From: Bacteroidota bacterium
GTDB lineage: Bacteria; Bacteroidota; Bacteroidia; Chitinophagales; Chitinophagaceae
Assembly (NCBI GenBank): GCA_018266555.1
Contig: JAFEAF010000014.1
Span: 98,181-162,180, forward strand
Length of the DNA: 64,000 nt
Direction: 5' to 3'
Of this stretch, positions 48,943 to 59,132 are shown piece after piece. The translations under genes and the position numbers were made by a program. Below the pieces are notes generated by a model. That model did not search any database. It was given only the letters and a program-made list of their open reading frames with translations, and was not told the DNA's origin. The stretch's first letter is position 1. Each line of letters starts with the position of its first letter.

Positions 48943-49827
48943 ATGAATAACAAAGTGCTTAGTTGGGGAATTTTTATTTTGTTGTCATTTATTTGGGGCA
49001 GCCCTTTTATCATTATGAAATTAAGCAAGGAAAGCCTGCCTCCTTTGCTGATAACTTCTCTTTTAATTTTTTCAGCAGGTATCGTATTGCTTCCATTTGC
49101 CTTATTTCATATTTCAAAAATTTCTCCAAAAAAAATTGGGTTTGTATTAATAGCTGGGATTTTTGGGAATCTAGTACCTGCATTTCTTTATCCTATCGCA
49201 ATTTCAAATAATGTTGACAGTGCTTTAGCCGGTATTCTAAATGCCCTTACCCCCATTTTTGTAATTATCCTGGGATTTCTTTTTTTCAGAAACCGGGTAA
49301 GCTCAACAAAAGCAATCGGCGTGTTGATTGGTTTTACCGGCATTTGTCTTCTAACATTCATGGAACAAACAATAAATTTTCAAAATTCCGGTTATGCATT
49401 ACTGATTGTGTTAGCTACCATAAGTTATGCCTTCAATATCCTGCTGGTAAGTTATTTTTTAAAAGAACAGAACCCGATTCATATAACTACTGTTTCTATT
49501 TCATTCCTGATAATTCCTTCTGCTTTTATATTGTGGCAACAGGGTTTTCTTACACTTAATTTTCATAACTCTGATATACTTGAGTCGGTATCAGCTGTTG
49601 CTCTATTAGGTATTGCGGGAACAGCTATTGCAACAGGTTTGTTTTATATACTTCTTAAAAAAGGGGGCGGCGTCTTTGCCTCGATGATCATTTACGGTAC
49701 ACCTTTCGTTGCCTTATTTTGGGGATTCATTTATCATGAAAAAATCACCACAATTCGAATAGTGTCATTAATAATTATTCTTGCAGGAGTCTATCTAGCT
49801 TCACGCAAAAGCAATGAAAATAAATAA
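48943..49827 (+). CDS. DMT-superfamily (EamA-domain) transporter
   Basis: About 10 predicted TM helices in two repeated halves; 294 aa. Confidence 0.8.
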   Translation: MNNKVLSWGIFILLSFIWGSPFIIMKLSKESLPPLLITSLLIFSAGIVLLPFALFHISKISPKKIGFVLIAGIFGNLVPAFLYPIAISNNVDSALAGILNALTPIFVIILGFLFFRNRVSSTKAIGVLIGFTGICLLTFMEQTINFQNSGYALLIVLATISYAFNILLVSYFLKEQNPIHITTVSISFLIIPSAFILWQQGFLTLNFHNSDILESVSAVALLGIAGTAIATGLFYILLKKGGGVFASMIIYGTPFVALFWGFIYHEKITTIRIVSLIIILAGVYLASRKSNENK

Positions 49828-49838
49828 TGTGAAATCAT

Positions 49839-50402
49839 TTACACCGACATAATCTCTTTTTCTTTAGCAGTAAGATGTTTTTCAATGGTTGATATATATT
49901 TATCGGTGATTTGCTGAACATTGTTTTCCGCATCCTTTGCCACATCTTTACTCAAACCGTTTTTCTCCATTTTTTTTATTTGCTCAATAGCATCACGCCG
50001 GATATTTCGAATAGCTATCCGGGATTGTTCTGCTTCAGTATGACACCTTTTAACCAGGTCTTTCCTTCTTTCTTCCGTCAATGGCGGTAAAAATAACCTG
50101 ACCAGGTTACCATCATTTTGAGGGGTTATTCCAATATTGGCAGCAAGAATAGCTTTCTCAATAGGCTGTAACATGTTTTTTTCCCAGGGCTGTATGCTCA
50201 GTGTTCTTGCATCCATAACACTGACATTCGCAACCTGGCTGATAGACATTGAAGATCCATAATAATCTACCATGATTCCGTCAATCATTTGCGGATTAGC
50301 TTTCCCGGCTCTTATTTTAGTTAACTCGGTTTCCAAATGGCCGATTGCTTTTTTCATATTTTCGTCTGCAGTAACTGCAATCGCTGAAATATCTTCTGGC
50401 AT
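49839..50402 (-). CDS. frr: ribosome recycling factor
   Basis: MKKAIGHLETELTKIRAGKANPQMIDGIMVDYYGS...RNIRRDA. The start is either 50402 (MPEDIS) or 50420. Confidence 0.95.
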   Translation of the reverse strand: MPEDISAIAVTADENMKKAIGHLETELTKIRAGKANPQMIDGIMVDYYGSSMSISQVANVSVMDARTLSIQPWEKNMLQPIEKAILAANIGITPQNDGNLVRLFLPPLTEERRKDLVKRCHTEAEQSRIAIRNIRRDAIEQIKKMEKNGLSKDVAKDAENNVQQITDKYISTIEKHLTAKEKEIMSV

Positions 50403-50447
50403 ATTATAATCTTTGAACAAGCAAAACTAAGAAAACGGCATTAACTC

Positions 50448-50485
50448 AAAAAAATGCCGGAAGCTATTTAAAAATAAACTTCCGG
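50448..50485 (-). terminator. rho-independent terminator downstream of the GT4 transferase gene
   Basis: CCGGAAG (50457-50463) / CTTCCGG (50479-50485) stem. On the minus strand it is followed by CATTTTTTT (A7 on the plus strand, 50448-50454). Confidence 0.6.
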
Positions 50486-50510
50486 CTATGATACTTATTG
50501 CTGATAAAAC

Positions 50511-51644
50511 TTATTTTTCGTCAACGGCTGCGGTTTCCTGAGTTAAGGTTACCAATTTTGAAGTTTGTTTAATCTCTGTCATTCCATTTATTTTTCTGGC
50601 AACAACCAAAGTACGGCGGGGTTTGCGGTAATATAATAATCCAAAACCTGCAAAACTTAAAATCAGCATCAAAAGGAACAAATTGGTTGGTCCTATGCTT
50701 CTCACACAATAAGCTAACGCCACGAATCCTGCATTGACGGCCACACAAAATAGAGTGATAGTCTTGTGGCCATATCCTTTTGAAAGCAGTAAGTGATGAA
50801 TATGATTGCGATCGGGAGTAAATGGTGATTTACCATGAAATATACGAATTGAAAAAACTCTCAGGGTATCTAAAAGAGGTACAATAAGAATGGCGAATCC
50901 TATTGTCACTGCTGATTCAACCGGGATGGATACATAAGCCTGATCGGCTGTGTTGATAAATTTTATCACCAGGATTGCATTTATCAATCCAATCATTAAT
51001 GATCCCGAATCACCCATAAATATTTTTGCAGGATGATTATTGAATATTAAAAATGCCACGAGGCTGCCGGTCATGGCAAATGCCAGCAATGAATAGGCTT
51101 GCTCCCCGATTAAGAAAAAGTAGCTTCCGAAGATTATTGTGGTGAAAATACCGAGGCTGCTTGCCAATCCGTCCACCCCGTCAATAAGGTTAAAAGAATT
51201 GATGACGACAATAATTGTCAGATATGATAAGGCTAATCCAAAACCTACTGGCAATTTATCAAATCCAAATAAACCGTGCATACTATCTAGCCGGATGCCG
51301 CCAAGATGTATAAGAATGGAAGCGGCAATTACCTGGCCGATGAATTTTTTTGAAGCAGATAATACGAGTAAATCATCTTTAAGGCCTAAAAAGAAAATAA
51401 CAAGTGAGGCTGCAAAAAAATATTGAAATTCAGGGTTCATGTAACCCTGTATGGAAAGAAGTGATGCCAGTAAAAATCCTCCGAAAATACCAACTCCCCC
51501 TAAAGACGGAACGGGCATGATATGCACTTTTCTTTCGTCAGGCACGTCATAAAGCTTTTTTTGTTCGGCGATTTGCAAGACTACGGGTACTGCAAGGAAA
51601 CAAATGATAAAAGAAACCGAAGCCGTTAGTAAAATATCCAGCAT
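50511..51644 (-). CDS. glycosyltransferase family 4 (MraY/WecA-type undecaprenyl-phosphate sugar-1-phosphate transferase)
   Basis: About 10 TM segments, the NLIDGVDGLA motif, and HHLL near the C-terminus. Confidence 0.88.
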   Translation of the reverse strand: MLDILLTASVSFIICFLAVPVVLQIAEQKKLYDVPDERKVHIMPVPSLGGVGIFGGFLLASLLSIQGYMNPEFQYFFAASLVIFFLGLKDDLLVLSASKKFIGQVIAASILIHLGGIRLDSMHGLFGFDKLPVGFGLALSYLTIIVVINSFNLIDGVDGLASSLGIFTTIIFGSYFFLIGEQAYSLLAFAMTGSLVAFLIFNNHPAKIFMGDSGSLMIGLINAILVIKFINTADQAYVSIPVESAVTIGFAILIVPLLDTLRVFSIRIFHGKSPFTPDRNHIHHLLLSKGYGHKTITLFCVAVNAGFVALAYCVRSIGPTNLFLLMLILSFAGFGLLYYRKPRRTLVVARKINGMTEIKQTSKLVTLTQETAAVDEK

Positions 51645-51866
51645 CTAGCAGGGTTTTGCAGTGCAAAAATAGGTTTTTAACTCCTTAAATTTGCCAATTA
51701 ACAACTATTTATTTCCAGAACATCAGATTCATATTCACTTTTAAAAAATTAACCGGCAATAATCTGTATAGATAAGTTTCGTATTGAAAAAGATTGCAAT
51801 TTTGCTTAGCAAAATTTTGAATTGGAAGATATATGTGACAATAGGTTTAATCAGAAAAAAAATTTT

Positions 51867-52700
51867 ATGCCAGAGCTTAGTGCAATTGCTTCCCAAATCA
51901 GACGTGATATTGTACGAATGGTACATGGTGCCAATAGTGGTCATCCGGGGGGCTCACTGGGATGTACAGATTTCTTTACTGCTTTATATTTCAGAGTAAT
52001 GAAGCATAACCCTGCATTTAATATGAATGCAACGAATGAAGATGTTTTCTTCTTATCAAACGGGCACATTTCTCCAGCCTGGTATTCTACACTTGCCCGT
52101 TCAGGTTATTTTGATGTTAAGGAGTTATCAACCTTCCGGAAAATTAATTCCAGGCTACAGGGACATCCTGCCACTCATGAACATTTACCCGGAATACGAA
52201 TTGCTTCGGGCTCCCTCGGACAGGGAATGAGCGTGGCTATTGGTGCAGCACTAACAAAAAAATTAAATGGGGAAACTACTAAAGTATTTTCCTTGCACGG
52301 AGATGGTGAGTTAGATGAAGGACAAATTTGGGAAGCAGTCATGTTTGCAGCTCATCATAAAGTTGATAATTTAATTTCCACTATTGATTGGAATGGCCAG
52401 CAAATAGATGGGCCCACAGATGTAGTGATGCGGCTTGGAAATATCCGTCAGAAATTTGATGCATTTGGGTGGACTACACTGGAACTGGACGGTAATGACA
52501 TAGATGCCGTAGTAGCTACATTGGAAAAAGCAAAAACAATGACGGGCCAGGGAAAACCCGTTGCTATTTTAATGCATACCATCATGGGAAAAGGAGTTGA
52601 TTTCATGGAAAATGATCATAACTGGCATGGTGTAGCGCCTAACGATGAACAATTAGCAAAAGCGTTAGCTCAATTACCCGAAACTTTGGGAGATTATTGA
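51867..52700 (+). CDS. transketolase, N-terminal (TPP-binding) subunit of a split enzyme
   Basis: SGHPGGSLG, GHISPAWY, GSLGQGMSVAIG and GDGELDEGQIWEA. The product is only ~277 aa, which covers just the N-terminal module. Confidence 0.9.
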   Translation: MPELSAIASQIRRDIVRMVHGANSGHPGGSLGCTDFFTALYFRVMKHNPAFNMNATNEDVFFLSNGHISPAWYSTLARSGYFDVKELSTFRKINSRLQGHPATHEHLPGIRIASGSLGQGMSVAIGAALTKKLNGETTKVFSLHGDGELDEGQIWEAVMFAAHHKVDNLISTIDWNGQQIDGPTDVVMRLGNIRQKFDAFGWTTLELDGNDIDAVVATLEKAKTMTGQGKPVAILMHTIMGKGVDFMENDHNWHGVAPNDEQLAKALAQLPETLGDY

Positions 52701-52826
52701 GAATCCGGATTAGAAGGATTTTAAAAGATTATGAAATCATTGCCAGAACTTCTTTGAAACTCGTAAGACAAAAGACTATCCCTTCTCTTCATAATCTTTT
52801 TTAGTCGTGTAAATCATGGTACTGCC

Positions 52827-54059
52827 CTATTCACTTCTCAACGAAAATTCATATAATGCTGCTTTTCTTGCAGGAATCCAGGATGCAAGTAATGCAATTA
52901 TAAAAACAGTGGCTCCCACTAGCAGAAAATCCATCATTCGAAGTTGTACGGGAAAATAATCAATAAGGAATGAGCCCCCTTGCAATGAAATCAAATGCAG
53001 ATGAATTTGAGCTAACGCAATCAACCAGGCCAGTAACATCCCGGATCCTCCTCCAATAATGGCAATCAGAAGCCCCTCACAGAGAAATATTTTTTGAATA
53101 AATTTCCGGTTTCCTCCCAATGCATGAAGCACACTGATGTCTTTTTGTTTTTCCAGTACCAGCATGGTCAATGCGCCGACCATATTAAATGCAGCCACCA
53201 CAAGGATCAGGCAAAGTATTCCATAAATAACCCACCGTTCCAGGTTCATGACCGAATATAAACTGCGGTTCTGTTCAAACCGGTCTTGTATGAGGTAGTT
53301 ACTTCCAAATATCTTTTTGAGATCTTGTTTCACCATATCAGCTTTTCCAGGATCATATAATGCAATTTCAAGATTGCTGAATTCATCCGGGTTTAGCTTC
53401 AAAGCTCTTTTTACAAAATCAATATTGGTAATACCATATTTATTATCGAAATCTTCCTGTATAAGGAATGTGCCGGAAGTGTTGATTGTATCAGCGCTGA
53501 TATCTTCCAATAAATTGATCTGTTCTGTATTACTTTTTCTCGGTAAATAAATCTTCAATGTAAAGAGATTTCGATCTGCCAGGATATGAATGGCATTTTC
53601 TACTCCGGCACCAAGTATTAATTTAGGGGTATCTACTGTACCCAGATCATAATTCCCCTTTACCAAATGACCGGCTACTCCTGAAGTGTAACGATAATTA
53701 TCATCCACACCTTTCAGGTAAACTACAGACTGATAATCGCCGTTTTGCAATAATGCTTTTTCTTCTACTACCAATGAATAATTCTTAATTTCTTTTAACG
53801 ACTTTATTTTTTGTATCTGAGCCGGTGTAATAAGAATTGTTTTCCCGGTAACGGGGGAAATTTTCAGATCGGTATAAAAAGTGGAATATAAAGATTTTAC
53901 TAGTCCTTCAAAGCCATTGAATACACTCAGTACAAGGATCAATGCTGCGGTACCAATGACAACAGCAATAATACTGATCCACGAAATAATATTAATAGCA
54001 TTAGTGGATTTCTTTGCTTTGAAATAGCGCCATGCAAACAGAAAGTTTAAGAGGCTCAA
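52827..54059 (-). CDS. FtsX-family ABC transporter permease (LolC/E-like)
   Basis: N-terminal TM, a large periplasmic domain and a C-terminal 3-TM FtsX module. The gene sits next to rbfA. Confidence 0.85.
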   Translation of the reverse strand: MSLLNFLFAWRYFKAKKSTNAINIISWISIIAVVIGTAALILVLSVFNGFEGLVKSLYSTFYTDLKISPVTGKTILITPAQIQKIKSLKEIKNYSLVVEEKALLQNGDYQSVVYLKGVDDNYRYTSGVAGHLVKGNYDLGTVDTPKLILGAGVENAIHILADRNLFTLKIYLPRKSNTEQINLLEDISADTINTSGTFLIQEDFDNKYGITNIDFVKRALKLNPDEFSNLEIALYDPGKADMVKQDLKKIFGSNYLIQDRFEQNRSLYSVMNLERWVIYGILCLILVVAAFNMVGALTMLVLEKQKDISVLHALGGNRKFIQKIFLCEGLLIAIIGGGSGMLLAWLIALAQIHLHLISLQGGSFLIDYFPVQLRMMDFLLVGATVFIIALLASWIPARKAALYEFSLRSE

Positions 54060-54078
54060 TGATTTTAAAATTTTGTTG

Positions 54079-54465
54079 TTAGCCTTTTTTCTTCCCGGGT
54101 TTGTCCGGGGCTTGCTGTTCTTTTATTTGCCTGAACAATTCTTCCATCCTGAAAACATGATCTAACGTATCGTCCTGGAAAAATTTCAATTCCGGAATAT
54201 TCCGTAGCTGATGCCGTACCCGTTGCGACAACTCCTTTTTTATTTCCCAACCTTTCTCTTCTATTTTTTTTAAAGCCTGCTTCGGAGATAGAACCTGGAA
54301 AAAACTCAGGTATATTCTTGCCTCCAGCAGGTCAGGAGTTATTTTTACCTCTGAAATGGAAACCATGCCACCATCCAGCATGGTAATACCAAGCCGCTGA
54401 AATATTTCATTCATCTCCTGCTGTATCAATCCGGCTACTTGTTTCTGTCGTTTTCCTTCCTGCAT
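54079..54465 (-). CDS. rbfA: ribosome-binding factor A
   Basis: 128 aa. A basic N-terminus is followed by ...VSISEVKITPDLLEARIYLS..., a KH-like RbfA pattern. Confidence 0.88.
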   Translation of the reverse strand: MQEGKRQKQVAGLIQQEMNEIFQRLGITMLDGGMVSISEVKITPDLLEARIYLSFFQVLSPKQALKKIEEKGWEIKKELSQRVRHQLRNIPELKFFQDDTLDHVFRMEELFRQIKEQQAPDKPGKKKG

Positions 54466-54530
54466 AGTATTAGTGGTTCATTCGCTGCAAAAGTACTTAC
54501 TTTGCTCCGTTTAACAGAGGTATCTGCAGC

Positions 54531-56336
54531 ATGAAACAATATTCCAGGATTTTTAAATATCTCAGGGTTTATAAAGCCAAAATTTTTCTTTATTTCTTTT
54601 GTACACTGCTCAGTATTTTATTCTCCATCATTTCCATTGGTATGTTGATGCCGTTCTTACAGTTGATCTTTCTTGGAAACAAAGCTGGCATCACCACTTC
54701 CAGCAGTAATGCCATTATTCAATGGATCAATGATTTTCTAAATAACTCCATTTCCACACGGGGAAATATTCCCACCCTGGGATTCATTTGCCTGCTGATG
54801 ATAAGTTTCATTGTTTTAAAAAATTTATTCCTCTATCTGTCCTATTATGTACTCAACCCACTCAAAAACGGAGTAGTGAACCGTTTAAGAGAAGACCTTT
54901 ACGATAAACTTTTGCAATTACCGATCGGCTTTTTCACCGAAAAAAGGAAAGGTGACCTGATGAGTCGCATGACCACTGATGTGGCAGAAGTGGAAACCTC
55001 TGTTGTAGGTACATTAGAAGGTTGGATCAGGGATCCGATGACAATTATAGTAACACTGGCAGTTTTATTTCTTATCAGCGTTCAGCTCACCATGTTTATA
55101 CTTATAATGATTCCTTTGCTGGGGCTTGTGATCGGCCGCATCACCCGTTCTCTAAAAAAACATTCAGCTCTGGCAGCTACAAAATACGGGGAAACACTTT
55201 CCATTCTTGATGAAACAATTGGTGGATTAAGAGTGGTAAAAGCATTTACCATTGAAAAAATTGTACGCAATAAATTCTTTACTATTAATAAAGAATTATT
55301 AACTGCCAAAAACAAGGTATCGAACAGAAGAGATCTTGCTTCACCGCTTTCTGAAGTATTGGGTGTCATACTTTTCACTGCTGTGTTATATTATGGAGGC
55401 CGGCTGGTGTTAAAAGGGCATTTCCTGGAAGCATCTGTTTTCTTAGGATTTCTTGGAATTTTTTACAATATCATTAATCCAGCAAAAACATTATCCACTT
55501 CATTCAGCAATATGCGAAAAGGTGCAGCGGCTATCAATCGCATTGAAGAAGTTTTGAATACTCCTGTCACGGTGGATGATAATCCAAATGGGAAAAAAAT
55601 AACATCATTCAAGTATAAGGTTGAATTTAAAAATGTGAGTTTTGCTTATGCAGATGCTATCATTCTCGAAAATGTTTCTCTTACTATTGAAAAAGGAAAG
55701 ACGATTGCATTGGTTGGTTCATCCGGAGCTGGTAAATCCACTTTAGCAGACTTGGTTCCGAGGTTTCATGATGTTACCGGGGGAGAATTGTTAATTGATT
55801 CTGTCAATATCAAGGATTATTCTTTACAATCCCTGCGCAGCCAGATGAGCATTGTAACCCAGGAGCCGATACTCTTCAATGATACTATTGCAAATAATAT
55901 TGCGCTCGGATATCAAGGCGCCAGCCGTGATGAAATTATTCAAGCTGCTAAAATTGCCAATGCGCATGATTTTATAATGCAAAAGGAGCAGGGCTATGAT
56001 ACGAATATCGGAGACCGTGGAAATAAACTCAGCGGTGGCGAAAAACAACGACTAACTATTGCAAGAGCCGTTTTAAAAAACCCTCCTATACTCATTTTAG
56101 ACGAAGCCACTTCCTCTCTCGATACGGAAAGCGAACGGTTGGTACAGGATGCCATCAACAACATGATGCAAAACCGTACGAGCATTGTCATTGCGCACCG
56201 TCTATCCACTATCCGCCATGCTGATGAAATTATCGTTTTGCAAAAAGGGAAAATTGTAGAAAGAGGTACACATGAGGAATTATTAAGTCAAAACGGGTTT
56301 TATAAAAAGCTGGTGGAGATGCAGGAGGTGAGGTAA
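54531..56336 (+). CDS. ABC exporter with fused permease and ATPase (MsbA-like)
   Basis: 6-TM domain, then Walker A GSSGAGKST, the signature LSGGEKQR and Walker B ILILDEATS. Confidence 0.88.
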   Translation: MKQYSRIFKYLRVYKAKIFLYFFCTLLSILFSIISIGMLMPFLQLIFLGNKAGITTSSSNAIIQWINDFLNNSISTRGNIPTLGFICLLMISFIVLKNLFLYLSYYVLNPLKNGVVNRLREDLYDKLLQLPIGFFTEKRKGDLMSRMTTDVAEVETSVVGTLEGWIRDPMTIIVTLAVLFLISVQLTMFILIMIPLLGLVIGRITRSLKKHSALAATKYGETLSILDETIGGLRVVKAFTIEKIVRNKFFTINKELLTAKNKVSNRRDLASPLSEVLGVILFTAVLYYGGRLVLKGHFLEASVFLGFLGIFYNIINPAKTLSTSFSNMRKGAAAINRIEEVLNTPVTVDDNPNGKKITSFKYKVEFKNVSFAYADAIILENVSLTIEKGKTIALVGSSGAGKSTLADLVPRFHDVTGGELLIDSVNIKDYSLQSLRSQMSIVTQEPILFNDTIANNIALGYQGASRDEIIQAAKIANAHDFIMQKEQGYDTNIGDRGNKLSGGEKQRLTIARAVLKNPPILILDEATSSLDTESERLVQDAINNMMQNRTSIVIAHRLSTIRHADEIIVLQKGKIVERGTHEELLSQNGFYKKLVEMQEVR

Positions 56337-56468
56337 AAATTATGATTTACTATTTACAATCTATGAATTGATTGATTCAAAAAGCAATCCTATTCTGAAG
56401 TATCATTATTTCCTTAATCTTAAGGTGCTACAACAAATTCCTCGTCTCCTATTCCCTAAGTTTGCATC

Positions 56469-58994
56469 ATGTCCCTGCCATTGGAAAATACAGTCGGTTA
56501 CCGGGTCATTTGTGACTGGCTTGCTTCGCAACAACGACAGCCTTTTTTGTTTCAGCAAAAAACATGGCAGCATATTATCAATGGTGAAAGCGGTTTGGTG
56601 AATGCACCAACCGGCTGCGGTAAAACCTATTCTATTTTCCTCGGCGCTCTTATTCAATTCATTAATCAGCATCCTGAAGAATATAAGAATATAAAAAATT
56701 CAGGGTTACAATTGTTGTGGGTCACTCCGCTCAGGGCTTTGGCAAAAGATATTGCCAGAGCGATGGAAGAAGTTGTGTCCGCTTTAGATATGAAATGGGG
56801 AATAGGTATCCGGAATGGGGACACTGATACAGCAGAAAGAGCCAGACAAAAAAGACAAATACCCGAAGTGCTTATCATCACTCCGGAAAGTTTGCATTTA
56901 TTGCTGGCGCAAAAAGGATATGCTGAATTATTTTCTTCTCTGAAAATTATTGCCATTGATGAATGGCATGAATTGCTTGGAAGTAAAAGAGGTGTACAGG
57001 TGGAATTGGCGATCAGTAGGATTGTTGGCACACGACACACCAATCATGACTCAACGCTCATGATCTGGGGAATCTCTGCTACCATTGGAAACCTTGAAGA
57101 AGCTAAGGATGTTTTGATAAACCCGTTGGTAAAAAAAGGAGTGATTGTAAAAGCTGATATGAAAAAAGCCGTTGAGGTAGAATCCATTTTTCCAGATGAA
57201 ATAGAAAAATATCCATGGGCAGGCCATCTCGGAATTAAGTTGATTGATAAAGTCATTCCAATAATTCTACAAAGTAAGACGACACTTATTTTTATTAATA
57301 CCAGGGGAATGAGTGAAACATGGTATCAGAAAATCCTGGATGCCTGCCCCGATCTTGCCGGCGTTATTGCGTTGCATCATGGTTCTGTGGATATGGAATT
57401 GCGCAACTGGGTGGAAGAAAATTTACATAACGGAAAATTAAAAGTGGTGATATGTACAGCTTCGCTTGATCTTGGCGTGGATTTCCGCCCGGTAGAAACT
57501 GTAATTCAGGTTGGATCACCAAAAGGTGTGGCCCGGTTTTTACAAAGAGCCGGTAGAAGCGGTCATAGTTTTGATGCAACCAGTAAAATATATTTTCTTC
57601 CTACACATTCATTAGAACTAATGGAAGTGGCCGCTTTGAAGAAAGCAATTTCTGAGAAAATAATTGAAAGCCGCGTGCCAATGCTATTGTGCTATGATGT
57701 GTTGATACAATATTTGAGCACCCTCGCAATTTCTGATGGTTTTAGTCCTGACAAAATTTTTGAAGAGATCATCGCTACCCATTGCTACAAAGAAATGACT
57801 AAAGAGGAATGGGAGCGGATTATATATTTCATCAGTAGTGGCGGCAATGCGCTGCAGCAATATGATGATTATAAAAAACTGGAATGGGAAGACGAATTAT
57901 TCAAAATAAAGAATCGCCGCATTGCCATGCGGCATCGCATGAATATCGGTACCATCGTTAGTGAATCCATGCTGAAAGTAAAATTTATCAGTGGTGGCTA
58001 TGTGGGAGTGATCGAAGAATATTTTATATCAAGATTACAACCGGGCGATGTATTTACCCTGGCAGGTAGAATCCTTGAATTTGTAACAATAAAAGACATG
58101 ACAGCATTGGTAAAAAAATCATCTTCCAAAAAATCAATAGTACCAAGCTGGCAGGGAGGAAGAATGCCCCTGAGTGCTAACTTAGGTTTTATGCTGAGAA
58201 AAACTTTAAATACAGTGAAAAGTGAAATGTCAATCATCAAACAGAAAAATAGAAAGGCAAATGCTTCTATTTCTCCCGTCTCACATTTCATGTTTCACGA
58301 ATTGGAAGCTCTCTTCCCTCTTTTTGAGTTACAACAACAGGTATCCCATGTTCCAAAGGAGAATGAATTGCTCATTGAGCAGATAGAAACGAAAGATGGT
58401 TTTCATTTGTTCGTTTATCCATTTGAAGGAAGGCTGGTGCATGAAGCTATGGCTGCTATTTTAGCTTATCGTATCAGCCGTATCACTTCAATCACATTCT
58501 CCTTTGCTATGAATGATTACGGCTTTGAGTTATTGAGTGATCAGCCTATACCGGTAGATGATTCGAATGTATATGAATTGTTTTCCCTCGAAAATTTAAT
58601 GAATGATATTCAGCGAAGCATCAACAGCACAGAGATGGCGAAAAGAAAGTTCCGGAATGTTGCTGTCATCGGCGGGCTAATTTTCCAGGGATTCCCCGGC
58701 GAACAAAAAAAAGCAAGGCATTTGCAAAACAGTGCATCATTATTATTTAATGTATTAAGCGAATACGAGCCTGATAATTTACTCCTTCGTCAATCATATT
58801 CTGAAGTATTGGAACAGCAAATGGAGGAATCCAGGCTGATGGATATGCTTTGGCGAATACAAAATTCAAAGATCATTATAACGTTTCCGCAACAGCTAAC
58901 ACCTTTTTGTTTTCCCATAAAAGTAGATAGCCTGAGGGAAGATTTATCTTCAGAAAAACTGGAAGACCGGATCAGGAAAATGTTGCCTCAATAA
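56469..58994 (+). CDS. ligase-associated DNA-damage-response DEXH-box helicase (Lhr-core-like)
   Basis: Motif I APTGCGKT, motif II IAIDEWHEL, motif VI LQRAGRSGH, a long C-terminal DEAD-associated region, and an adjacent pdeM. Confidence 0.85.
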   Translation: MSLPLENTVGYRVICDWLASQQRQPFLFQQKTWQHIINGESGLVNAPTGCGKTYSIFLGALIQFINQHPEEYKNIKNSGLQLLWVTPLRALAKDIARAMEEVVSALDMKWGIGIRNGDTDTAERARQKRQIPEVLIITPESLHLLLAQKGYAELFSSLKIIAIDEWHELLGSKRGVQVELAISRIVGTRHTNHDSTLMIWGISATIGNLEEAKDVLINPLVKKGVIVKADMKKAVEVESIFPDEIEKYPWAGHLGIKLIDKVIPIILQSKTTLIFINTRGMSETWYQKILDACPDLAGVIALHHGSVDMELRNWVEENLHNGKLKVVICTASLDLGVDFRPVETVIQVGSPKGVARFLQRAGRSGHSFDATSKIYFLPTHSLELMEVAALKKAISEKIIESRVPMLLCYDVLIQYLSTLAISDGFSPDKIFEEIIATHCYKEMTKEEWERIIYFISSGGNALQQYDDYKKLEWEDELFKIKNRRIAMRHRMNIGTIVSESMLKVKFISGGYVGVIEEYFISRLQPGDVFTLAGRILEFVTIKDMTALVKKSSSKKSIVPSWQGGRMPLSANLGFMLRKTLNTVKSEMSIIKQKNRKANASISPVSHFMFHELEALFPLFELQQQVSHVPKENELLIEQIETKDGFHLFVYPFEGRLVHEAMAAILAYRISRITSITFSFAMNDYGFELLSDQPIPVDDSNVYELFSLENLMNDIQRSINSTEMAKRKFRNVAVIGGLIFQGFPGEQKKARHLQNSASLLFNVLSEYEPDNLLLRQSYSEVLEQQMEESRLMDMLWRIQNSKIIITFPQQLTPFCFPIKVDSLREDLSSEKLEDRIRKMLPQ

Positions 58995-59132
58995 AATGCT
59001 TTTGATACAAATTACACAAATGACACAGATAACAACGAACAGGTCCCGATAATTTTTATGAGATTTGTGTAATACATGGATTTGAAATTAAATTGGTACC
59101 GCTATTAATGACCTGCAGGCTCCTGGCTAATC

